Below are positions 53,643 to 62,529 of a stretch of 64,000 nt of DNA, one piece after another. The position numbers were made by a program, and so were the translations under genes. Every line of letters starts with the position of its first letter. Within the stretch, counting starts at the first letter, position 1. This stretch comes from Candidatus Binatia bacterium (GTDB lineage: Bacteria > Desulfobacterota > Binatia > UBA9968 > JAJDTQ01): NCBI GenBank assembly GCA_963666515.2, contig OY762897.2:3808001-3872000 (forward strand), given 5' to 3'. The notes beneath the pieces were generated by a model, which did no database searches, had not been told where the DNA came from, and saw only the letters and a program-made list of their open reading frames with translations.

Positions 53643-56405
53643 ATGGAACGGTCACTGAAGAAGGCAGGACGCAGTCGCCCGCGGTTGGTGAACGAGCGGC
53701 CGCCGACGTTTCGCGGCTGGCTCTCCACCGATGAAGACGAGGTCCGGCGGAGGGAGTGGCGCGGGCGGACCGAGATCGACGAGATACGTGCGCTCGACCC
53801 GAAGCACCGCCCGTTCGGCGACTACCGTGTCGCTTCGTCGAGCGGCGGCCGCTACGTGGTCGAGATACGCTCGCTCCGCCAACGCATCAATTCCTGCGAG
53901 TGTCACGACTACCGCACCAACCGTCTGGGGACCTGCAAGCACATCGAAGGGGTGCTGCGCCGTGCGGACGGCGTCCGCGCCGGAGGCGCGGCGAGTGGAA
54001 GATCGAACGGCCGTATCGAGATATTCGTCGACGAGGCCAACGGGCGGGCGCTACGACGGACCGTTCCGACGGCGAACGGGCGCGGCGCGCCGGAAGTCGT
54101 CGCGGAAACGGAGCGGCTCTTCCGCAGCCTGCGCCGCGGCTCCCCGAAGGCGCTCGCCGGGCTTCGCCGGATGGCGTCGGACCACCCTGGCGCGTTGCGG
54201 GTCTCACGCCTGCTGGAGGGTTGGGTCGAGGCCAGGCAGGCGTCGGAGCGCAAACGCCGCGAACGGGCGCGTTTCGCCGCGGACCTCAGCGAAAGGCGCC
54301 GCTCCCTCGATTTTCTCAAACGTCCGCTGCTGCCGTACCAGGTGGAGGGCGTCCTCCATCTTGCGTTCGGGGAGCGCTCGTTGCTTGCGGACGACATGGG
54401 CCTCGGCAAGACGGTGCAGGCCATCGCGGCCTGCGCGCTCCTGCGCGAACTCCGCGGCGTCGAGCGGGTGCTGGTGGTGTCGCCGGCCTCCCTCAAGGCC
54501 GAATGGGAGGAACAGATCGCGACCTTCTCCGACCTTCCCGCCACGGTCGTGTTCGGGGGACCCGCGGCCCGCCGCGCGGCCTACGAGCGGGGCGCCTTCT
54601 TCACGCTCTGCAACTATGAGCAGGTGGTGGTGGACCGGAGGGAACTCATCGAGACGCTCCGGCCCGATGTCGTGATTCTGGACGAAGCCCAACGCATCAA
54701 GAACTGGCAGACCAAGACCGCCAACGAGGTCAAGAAGCTCGACAGCCGCTACGCCTTCGTCCTCACCGGCACCCCCCTCGAGAACCGCATCGACGAAGTC
54801 TACTCGATCGTCCAGTTTCTCAATCCCGATCTCCTCGGCCCGCTGTTCCGCTTCAACCGGGAGTTCTATGAGTTGGACGAAAAGGGCCGCCCCGTGGGCT
54901 ACCGCAACCTGGAGGCGCTGGCGGAGCGGGTGTCGTCGGTGATGCTCCGCCGGCGGAAGGAGGACGTCGAGAGCCAGCTTCCGGGGCGGACGACGAAGAC
55001 GTTCTTCGTTCCCATGACCGAGACCCAGCTCGACGTCTACGACGGTTACGAGCGCCTTGCGCAACGGCTCGCCGCCATCGCCGCGAAACGGCCGCTTACG
55101 CCCGAGGAGTTCAAGTCGCTCCAGGGGAATCTCGCCTGCATGCGCATGGCCTGCGACACCCCTTACATCCTCGACGGCAGGACGCGCGAGTGTCCCAAGA
55201 TGGAGGAGATCGAAGGGCTCTTGCCGGACCTCTTGGAAGACCCCGCGCGCAAGATCATCATCTTCTCCGAATGGGTGCGGATGCTGGAGCTGGTCCGCGA
55301 CTACGCGGTGGAGGCCGGCATCGAGTTCGCGTGGCACACGGGAAGCGTCCCCCAGCTTCGGCGCCGCGCCGAGATCCAACGGTTCCGCAAGGACCCCGAA
55401 TGCCGGCTGTTCCTCTCTTCCGAGTCCGGCGGGGTGGGACTGAACCTCCAGGTGGCCGACACGGTCATCAACATGGACCAGCCGTGGAACCCCGCACGGC
55501 TGGAGCAGCGCATCGCCCGCGCCTGGCGCAAGCACCAGACCCGCGCCGTCCACGTCATCCACCTGGTGAGCGAGCACACCATCGAACACCGCATGCTCGG
55601 GCTGCTGGACGCCAAGCGAGCGCTGGCCGAAGGCGTGCTCGACCGCAAGGGCGATCTCGCCGGCATCCGTATGCCCAACAGCCGGGCCGCGTTCATGGAG
55701 CGGCTGCAGGCCGTGCTCGACACCCGGCCGAAAGAGGAGGAGGCCGCGGCCGGGGCGCAACCTCCGGTCACCACCCTCGACCGCCTGCGCGATGAGCTGG
55801 TCGCCGGTCACGGTGCGGCGTTGCAGCGGATCCTTGCGCGCGAAGGCGCCGGCGCCGCGCTGGTCGTGCTCAACCTCCCAGCCCCTCGTCTGGCGGAGGA
55901 AGAACGCCGCCTCAGCGAATCCACGGGACTGAGCGTCAAGGTCATCGCCCCTGACGCCTACGAGTCGATGCGGCGTCTGGCGGAAGCCGGGTTGATCTCG
56001 ATGCCGGCGGAGGACCTCCGCGAGGTGTATCCTGCCGCCGGCGCGGAGGACGACGGGAGCGCCGGCCGCCTGCTTCGCGCCAAGGCGCTGGCCGAACGCG
56101 CGGAGCACAAGCTCAAGGCCTCGGCGTTGCTCGAAGGCGGCGGCTTCCCGGAGGAAGCGCGCGCCCCCGCGGTGGAGGCGGCCCGGCTCGCCGCCGGATG
56201 CCTGGCCGTGGCGGAGGGTGCGCCGGAGCCCGAGGACGCCGAAGCCGCGGCGGCGTTTCTGCTTGAGCACGAGGTGGCGGCCGGCGGTCTCCCGCTCGAC
56301 GCGGTAGGCATACTTTCCGGCGAGGCGCCCGAGGCGGAAGTGGCGGCCCCTGTGCGCAGCCTGCTGGACGCGGTGGCTGCGCGCCTCGATCCCGCCGCGG
56401 GCTGA
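53643..56405 (+). CDS. SWIM zinc finger SNF2-family helicase
   Basis: CECHDY...CKH (SWIM); LADDMGLGKT, DEAQ, LTGTP, GGVGLNLQ and WNPARLEQR motifs. Confidence 0.92.
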   Translation: MERSLKKAGRSRPRLVNERPPTFRGWLSTDEDEVRRREWRGRTEIDEIRALDPKHRPFGDYRVASSSGGRYVVEIRSLRQRINSCECHDYRTNRLGTCKHIEGVLRRADGVRAGGAASGRSNGRIEIFVDEANGRALRRTVPTANGRGAPEVVAETERLFRSLRRGSPKALAGLRRMASDHPGALRVSRLLEGWVEARQASERKRRERARFAADLSERRRSLDFLKRPLLPYQVEGVLHLAFGERSLLADDMGLGKTVQAIAACALLRELRGVERVLVVSPASLKAEWEEQIATFSDLPATVVFGGPAARRAAYERGAFFTLCNYEQVVVDRRELIETLRPDVVILDEAQRIKNWQTKTANEVKKLDSRYAFVLTGTPLENRIDEVYSIVQFLNPDLLGPLFRFNREFYELDEKGRPVGYRNLEALAERVSSVMLRRRKEDVESQLPGRTTKTFFVPMTETQLDVYDGYERLAQRLAAIAAKRPLTPEEFKSLQGNLACMRMACDTPYILDGRTRECPKMEEIEGLLPDLLEDPARKIIIFSEWVRMLELVRDYAVEAGIEFAWHTGSVPQLRRRAEIQRFRKDPECRLFLSSESGGVGLNLQVADTVINMDQPWNPARLEQRIARAWRKHQTRAVHVIHLVSEHTIEHRMLGLLDAKRALAEGVLDRKGDLAGIRMPNSRAAFMERLQAVLDTRPKEEEAAAGAQPPVTTLDRLRDELVAGHGAALQRILAREGAGAALVVLNLPAPRLAEEERRLSESTGLSVKVIAPDAYESMRRLAEAGLISMPAEDLREVYPAAGAEDDGSAGRLLRAKALAERAEHKLKASALLEGGGFPEEARAPAVEAARLAAGCLAVAEGAPEPEDAEAAAAFLLEHEVAAGGLPLDAVGILSGEAPEAEVAAPVRSLLDAVAARLDPAAG

Positions 56406-56409
56406 AGCC

Positions 56410-57099
56410 ATGTGCGGCCGGTACACGCAGACGGCGAAGCTCGACGAGCTTGTCAATAGATTCGGCATCGACGAGCCGGATTTCGACCTGACGCCCCGGT
56501 ACAACCTGGCGCCCAGCCAGGATGCGCCGGTGGTGGGCGTCAACCCCAATACGCCGGGGACCCGCACCCTGCGGCTGATGCGCTGGGGCCTCGTGCCCTG
56601 GCACGCCAGGGACGCCTCCAAGCCCATCATCAACGCCCGCGCCGAGACCCTCGCCCAGCGGCCCGCCTTCCGGGACTTGGTGCCGAGGCGGCGCTGCCTG
56701 GTTCTGGCCGACGGCTTCTACGAGTGGCGCCGGGACGGCCGCTTCCGGACCCCCATGCGCTTCACCCTCCGAAGCGGCGAACCCTTCGCCTTCGCCGGCC
56801 TCTGGGACCGCTGGCGCCGGCCCGACGGCGCCTCGTTCTATTCGTTCACCATCGTCACCACGAGTCCCAACAACCTCCTCGAGCCGATCCACAACCGGAT
56901 GCCCGCCATCCTGCTTCCGGACGAAGAAGCCAAGTGGCTCGATCCCGCTAACACGGACCCCACGGCCCTGTCGGCGTTGCTGAAATCCTATCCCGCCGAG
57001 TTGATGGATGGGTACTGCGTCTCACGAGCCGTCAACTCGCCCGTTAACGACTCCGCGGAGTGCATCGCGCGAGACGAACCGCCGGTAACTTGGTTGTGA
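56410..57099 (+). CDS. SOS response-associated peptidase (SRAP, YedK/HMCES family)
   Basis: MCGRY N-terminus; RYNLAPSQ, INARAET, GFYEW and IHNRMPAIL motifs. Confidence 0.93.
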   Translation: MCGRYTQTAKLDELVNRFGIDEPDFDLTPRYNLAPSQDAPVVGVNPNTPGTRTLRLMRWGLVPWHARDASKPIINARAETLAQRPAFRDLVPRRRCLVLADGFYEWRRDGRFRTPMRFTLRSGEPFAFAGLWDRWRRPDGASFYSFTIVTTSPNNLLEPIHNRMPAILLPDEEAKWLDPANTDPTALSALLKSYPAELMDGYCVSRAVNSPVNDSAECIARDEPPVTWL

Positions 57100-57316
57100 C
57101 GTAGATGACGGTCGTCCCGAGCAAGGTGGGGCTTGCGGATCGGCCGATAGCGGGATAATTCTTGTACGGTGTAGGGAGGTTGACGCGGATTCGTAAGGAT
57201 CGTGCTCGGTCGAAAGAGCACAAAGGTGGTGATTGGATGAGGCTGAAGCAGTATCGTGCACTTGTCGGCTGGGCCATTCTGGAATGGTATGAGGGAGACG
57301 ATCAATAGGTGGCGCT

Positions 57317-58667
57317 ATGGGCGCGATTAGGCGGTTTTTTGTTCGCGATGTACGCTGTTTCGAGGGTGACCACACGCTCGAGATACGTCCATTGACATTC
57401 CTCGTGGGCGAGAATAGCACAGGCAAGTCAACCGTTTTGGGTTGCCTCCATGCACTAGGGAGCTTTCTCGAATACCGTCATACGAATATCGATTTCAATT
57501 CGGAACCCTACCAGATGGGCGCTTTCGCCGACATCGTGAGGAGGTCGCGGCCCAGAAAACAAGACTTCCAATTGGGTATCGAACTCTCGACAGACGGCGG
57601 CAGCAATCTTCGATTTTTTGTTGTCCTGACGGAGGAGGAGAGGGGGTCCGAGCCCTTCTTTCGAAGTGCAAGATGGGTGTTCGAAGACGGCGAGATCGCG
57701 TTGTCAACCCCGGACGACGGAGAGGAGCAGACTGAGCGTGGTTTTCACGTGACTCAGTCCTCCGCAAACCGTTTTCATATCCAGTTGAGCAACGCCAGGC
57801 TTTGGCAGTTCGTCTTCTTCGAACTGCCGTATATGGGGGATTATCTGGAGAGCGCGAAGTCATCGAGCGGCACCCAAGCGGACTTGGGGACTGCAGCGAA
57901 GAATCTGAAAGACTTCATCAATCGGCAATTCTCCAAGGATGCCGGCGTCCCTGGAACATATCGATACGGCCCCTTGTTTGGTTTGCACTCGTACTCCATC
58001 CACAGCATTGCACCAGTGCGTTCCAAACCCAAGCGGACATACGACCCTTTGAAGGAGACAGAAACACCAGACGGCAGCGAGATTCCGGTGGCGCTGATGA
58101 ATCTTAGCGTTTCAAGAAGGGGGGAATGGACGGAGTTACGCGAAGGCCTCTTGGCGTTTGGCCGGGAGTCTGGCCTGTTCTCGGACATCGCTCTTCGTAG
58201 ATTGGGCGGGTCTCGAGGGGGACCCGTTTCAGTTGCAGATCAAGGTCAGTGGCCCGAGGGCCAATTTGATGGATGTGGGGTACGGCGTCAGCCAAGTTCT
58301 ACCTATCCTCGTACGGATTCTGACGGGGCGGCATGCTACCTTTTTGTTGCAGCAGCCGGAAGTCCACTTACACCCGAAAGGGCAGGCCGAATTGGCGTCT
58401 CTGTTGGTAGATGTTCACCACAGCCATGACAACGCTTTCGTTATTGAAACGCACAGCGATCACATGATTGATCGTGTTCGTATCGAGATCAGACGCGGTA
58501 GGATCAAGCCAGAGGACGTTTCGCTAATCTATCTCGAACCTATTGGCAATCACGTGAGGACCCACAACATCGGCTTCGACGCGCGCGCCAATATGGTTGG
58601 CGTTCCCCAACACTACCGTGATTTCTTCCTGAACGAGGCGGATCGCTTGCTGGGATTGGCGGATTGA
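57317..58667 (+). pseudogene. ABC-type ATPase (AAA_21/DUF3696-like), frameshifted
   Basis: Walker A GENSTGKS in the first ORF; DVGYGVSQVLP, LLQQPEVHLHP and IETHSDH in the +1 frame; one extra G in the G5 run at 58217-58221. Confidence 0.8.
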
Positions 58668-58670
58668 GAC

Positions 58671-59083
58671 ATGTGCGTGATTCTGGATGCCAACAGCTAC
58701 AGCGACTTTCTTGACGCGGACAACGCCGGCATGCGGGCGCTGAGAGATTGGCTCAGGACACAAGGGAAACTCGTCTACGCGCCAACCCGAAGGATAAAGG
58801 CCGAGCTTGATTCTCACGGACCCATGAAAAGCGGTTTGTCGAGTACTCTCAGGCGGGTAGAGTCAAGGAAGTGGCTGGGGAAGAAGTCGTCGCCAAGGAG
58901 GTCGAACTAACGGATCTATCATCCGATGACGGGCACATAGTCGCGCTTGCGCTCGTTGCCGGGGTCGAGGTGCTGGTTTCCCACGACAAGAAACTCCACG
59001 ATGACTTCAAGAGACTCGTCAAGGGCAAAGTGTACCAGAACGAGAAACACAAACATCTTCTGCGACGCGACACCTGTCCCTGA
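58671..59083 (+). pseudogene. PIN-domain protein, frameshifted
   Basis: CVILDAN N-terminus; SDDGHIVALA...LVSHDKKL in the -1 frame; one A missing from the A4 run at 58827-58830. Confidence 0.7.
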
Positions 59084-59145
59084 GTCTGGCAAGGGCTCCC
59101 GTTCACACCCGGGCCCCGGGTAAGCCCGGGACCCCGCGAGAGAAG

Positions 59146-59490
59146 CTACTTCGCCGCGCAGACCATGATCTCAACCAAGGTGCCCGGCGTGAGCGCCACG
59201 CCGATGGCGGCGCGGGCGGGCAGGTTGTCCTTGTCGATCCACGCCATCCATGCCTCGTTCATCTCGTCCTTGGCGTCGATGTCGGCGAGATAGACGGTGG
59301 ACGTGAGGATGCGGGACTTGTTGGTGCCGGCGGCGGCGAGGACGTCGTCGATCTTGGCCAGCACCTGCTCGGTCTGGCCTTTCGTGGACAGGGACTTGTC
59401 GTCGGCTACCAAGCCGGACAGGTACACAAGGTCGCCGTGCACCACGGCGCGGCTGTTCCAAACCTGCGGTCTGATGTGTTCAATGCTCAT
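59146..59490 (-). CDS. RidA/YjgF-family protein
   Basis: VYLSGLVA, QTEQVLAKID, MNEAW..W..PARA and LVEI motifs. Confidence 0.9.
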   Translation of the reverse strand: MSIEHIRPQVWNSRAVVHGDLVYLSGLVADDKSLSTKGQTEQVLAKIDDVLAAAGTNKSRILTSTVYLADIDAKDEMNEAWMAWIDKDNLPARAAIGVALTPGTLVEIMVCAAK

Positions 59491-59568
59491 TGGACTGTGA
59501 CCTCCGTTTGAGTGATTTCCGGGTGCTTTTCCGTACCGCGAAACGCTATCAGATTTTACCTGAGACGC

Positions 59569-61014
59569 CTACGCACCCGACGATTCCGCGTCCGCCTTCT
59601 CCTGCCCGTTCCGCTCCTGCCGCTTCCCCCCACGCCGGAACAGCGACGCCGCTGCGGCCAGCCCGCACAACACAGCGGCCGTCAGGAACACGAGCTGGAA
59701 GGCGGTCACGAAGGCGCCTACCTCCCCCAAATCCACGTGGGCGACGCGCCAGCGTTCGAACAGGAGGCTGGCTCCGGTGACGCCGAAGACGATGCCGGCG
59801 GTGCGCATCATCTGGTTGACGCTGCCGGCGACGCCTTGGTGCTCGCGCGGGATGGCGCCCATAACGAAGCTCATGTTGGGCACCTGGAAGGTGCCCAGGC
59901 CGAGCCCCACCAGGGCCAGGGAAAGGGCGGCGGTGGGGTAGTCGGAGCCGGCATCCAGGCCGCTGGCCAGCCACAGGCCCACGGACTGGACGGCCAGCCC
60001 CGCCGAGCTGAGCCAAGCGGTGCCGATGCGGTCGGACAAGCGGCCGACGAACGCGGCGGCAAAGATGGTCATCACCGCGGGCGCGAAGATGAGCAGGCCG
60101 ACCACGACCCCCCGGTAGCCCAGGATGTCCGCGGCATAGTAGGGGACCAGCAGGCCGATGGGGAACCGGGTGGCGTTGGCCGCCAGGGTGAGCAGGTTGG
60201 CCAGGGTGAAGGCCGGCCAGCGGAACAGGTCGAGGTTGATGACGGGCGCAGCCACTCGCTTCTCGGTGACGAGGAAGACCACCAGGCTGACCGCCCCGGT
60301 CAGCGCCAGCGCGAGCACCTCCGGATCCGTCCAGCCGAGGTCGCGGCTCCGGGTCATGGCCAGCAGCAGCGCACCGGCCGCCAGGGTGAGGGTGACGGCG
60401 CCCAGAAGGTCGAACCGCTCGCCGGACGTCGCTCGTTGCCCGGATCGGACGCGCCCGGACGTGAACCAGGCGATGAGCAGCGCGGGCAGCGCCCGGTAGA
60501 GGTAGACCCCGCGCCAGCCGAAGGCGTCCACCAGCACGCCGCCCAACAGCGGCCCCATGGCGTACCCCGTGGCCGTGTTCATCTGGTAGAACCCCAGCGC
60601 TTTGCCGCGTTCGTCGCCGCTGACGGCCAGGGTCACCAGCGCCGGGGCCGCGCCGAAAACCAGCGCCACGCCCACCCCCTGGAGTATCCGCCCCATGAGC
60701 AGCCACGCGAATGTCTGGGCGAAGCCGCAAACGAGGAACGCCACGGCGCTGATGAGGAGGCCGATGGTGAGGATGCGCCAGTGGCCGAAGATGTCCGCCA
60801 GCCGTCCGCAACCCAGCAGCAGGCTGGCGTGGGTCAGCACGTAGCTGACCACCACCCACTGAATCGACAGCAGGTTTATGCCGAACGCCTCGGTGATGGC
60901 CGGGAACGCGATGTTCACCGACGTGTCCAGCGAAGCCAGCAGGCCGCTCAGCCCGGCGATGAGCAGCGTCGGATTCGACCAGATGCGGGTCGGTGGTGAT
61001 GTCGTCTCAGGCAA
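59569..61014 (-). CDS. MFS transporter (DHA2/EmrB-like)
   Basis: LDTSVNIAFP, GRLADIFG, RILQGVG and GPLLGG motifs; about 14 TM; TTG start uncertain. Confidence 0.88.
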   Translation of the reverse strand: MPETTSPPTRIWSNPTLLIAGLSGLLASLDTSVNIAFPAITEAFGINLLSIQWVVVSYVLTHASLLLGCGRLADIFGHWRILTIGLLISAVAFLVCGFAQTFAWLLMGRILQGVGVALVFGAAPALVTLAVSGDERGKALGFYQMNTATGYAMGPLLGGVLVDAFGWRGVYLYRALPALLIAWFTSGRVRSGQRATSGERFDLLGAVTLTLAAGALLLAMTRSRDLGWTDPEVLALALTGAVSLVVFLVTEKRVAAPVINLDLFRWPAFTLANLLTLAANATRFPIGLLVPYYAADILGYRGVVVGLLIFAPAVMTIFAAAFVGRLSDRIGTAWLSSAGLAVQSVGLWLASGLDAGSDYPTAALSLALVGLGLGTFQVPNMSFVMGAIPREHQGVAGSVNQMMRTAGIVFGVTGASLLFERWRVAHVDLGEVGAFVTAFQLVFLTAAVLCGLAAAASLFRRGGKRQERNGQEKADAESSGA

Positions 61015-61028
61015 GGAACCCTGCTACT

Positions 61029-61841
61029 TCAACTCCCCGCCAGCCATTGCTCCAGCCGCTCGTTGTACGCTTCGGGCCGGGTGCCACGCATCATGTGCCC
61101 CACGCCTTCCCAGAACTCGAACACCACCTGCGGCGAGGCAATGCTCTGGAGATGCCCCAGCTCCTGGGCGAGGATGGCGCCGGGCTGCGGCGACACAGTG
61201 GCGTCCCCCACCAGGATCAGCGTCGGCGCCTGGATGCGCCGCAGGCGCTCCTCGGACGCCAGCGCCCAGTCGCGGTTGTCGGTGAGGAGGCGGGTCAGGG
61301 CGTGGGGCGAGAAGTGGCGGTTGCGGTAGACCTCCCAGTCCTCCTGTTCCGGCGAGAGACCGTTCTTTCGGGCCTCGGCGCGGATCTCCTCCTCGGGGCG
61401 CGCGAGCCGCGCCAGCGCGCCGGGCAGGGCGGTGACGAAGGCGTGCTGCATGCGCCAGTACACCGGGTCCTCCAGGAAGGCGCGGGAGATGCACTCGGGA
61501 TGGTCCGCCGCCAGGATGGTGCCGATGTTGCCGCCCCAGGAGTGGCCGGCGTAGGCCGGGCGTTCGAGCTTCAGGTTGACGATGAATTGGCGCACGTCCT
61601 CCGCGAAGTCGCGCAGACGGTAGCCGGTCACGGGCTTGTCCGACTCGCCGTGGCCGCGCAGGTCCGGCGCCACCACGTGGTAGCGGCCGGCGAAATGCTC
61701 GGCCACGCCCGCCCAGCCCAGGCTGTAGTTGGTCCAGCCGTGCACCAGCAGGAGGTCCGGCGCCGCGGGGTCGCCCCACTCCCGGTAGTGCATCCGGATG
61801 CCCTGCACCTCGGTGAAGCCGCTTCTGGGTTCTTCAGCCAT
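61029..61841 (-). CDS. Alpha/beta hydrolase
   Basis: LLVHGW, PDLRGHGES, GHSWGG and GVGH motifs. Confidence 0.88.
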   Translation of the reverse strand: MAEEPRSGFTEVQGIRMHYREWGDPAAPDLLLVHGWTNYSLGWAGVAEHFAGRYHVVAPDLRGHGESDKPVTGYRLRDFAEDVRQFIVNLKLERPAYAGHSWGGNIGTILAADHPECISRAFLEDPVYWRMQHAFVTALPGALARLARPEEEIRAEARKNGLSPEQEDWEVYRNRHFSPHALTRLLTDNRDWALASEERLRRIQAPTLILVGDATVSPQPGAILAQELGHLQSIASPQVVFEFWEGVGHMMRGTRPEAYNERLEQWLAGS

Positions 61842-61919
61842 GATCGCCGTCCTCCCTGTGCCACGAACGTGGAATACGTGATACACGTTTAGAGAAGTTC
61901 TGACCAATTGACCCCCTCC

Positions 61920-62005
61920 GTCATTCCCGCGAAAGCGGGAATCCAGGTGGAGTCCCTCCCCCTGGATTCTCGCCTCGATCGAGGACTAGCTTTCGCGGGA
62001 AGGAC
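61920..62005. repeat. REP-like palindrome family B doublet with an insertion in the right arm
   Basis: GTCATTCCCGCGAAAGCGGGAATCCA ... TGGATTCTCG[CCTCGATCGAGGACTAG]CTTTCGCGGGAAGGAC. Confidence 0.75.
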
Positions 62006-62025
62006 GGTCCCGGGAGCCAGCCCCA

Positions 62026-62493
62026 ATGCCGGAGTTCATCACCGCAACCACGGAAGAACACTACCGAGAAGCGAAGGCCTTGCTGCGCGAGTACGAGGTC
62101 GAGATCGAAGTGGACCTGTGCTTCCAGGGGTTCGAGGAGGAACTTGAGACTCTGGATCGCGTCTACGGTGCGCCCGGAGGAAGGTTCTTTCTCCTACGCC
62201 AGGGAGACCGGACCGCTGGCTGCGTCGCCCTCAGGGACCTGGGCGGCGGAATCTGCGAGATGAAGCGCCTCTTTCTGCGGCCGGGTTTTCGCGGCAACGG
62301 CCTGGGGAGGGAGTGCGCCGAGCGGATCGTGCAGACGGCGCGGGAGATGGGTTACCGCGCCATGCGACTCGACACGCTTCGCGCCATGCACTCGGCCATC
62401 GCCCTGTATCGCTCCATGGGCTTCACCGAGATCGCCGCATACACTGTAAATCCATGCGAAGGCGCCCTGTTCATGGAGTTGGGGTTGGGATAG
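62026..62493 (+). CDS. GNAT-family N-acetyltransferase
   Basis: DLCFQGFEEEL, CEMKRLFLRPGFRGNGLG, RLDTL and ALYRSMGF motifs. Confidence 0.9.
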   Translation: MPEFITATTEEHYREAKALLREYEVEIEVDLCFQGFEEELETLDRVYGAPGGRFFLLRQGDRTAGCVALRDLGGGICEMKRLFLRPGFRGNGLGRECAERIVQTAREMGYRAMRLDTLRAMHSAIALYRSMGFTEIAAYTVNPCEGALFMELGLG

Positions 62494-62529
62494 GGTCCGA
62501 ACGGAGATACCGCCATACGGAGGAATGAC

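Noticed and set aside
59108-59135. GC-rich hairpin CCCGGG-TAAG-CCCGGG between convergent genes
   Set aside because: No U-tract on either side and only one copy; cannot be supported as a terminator or REP
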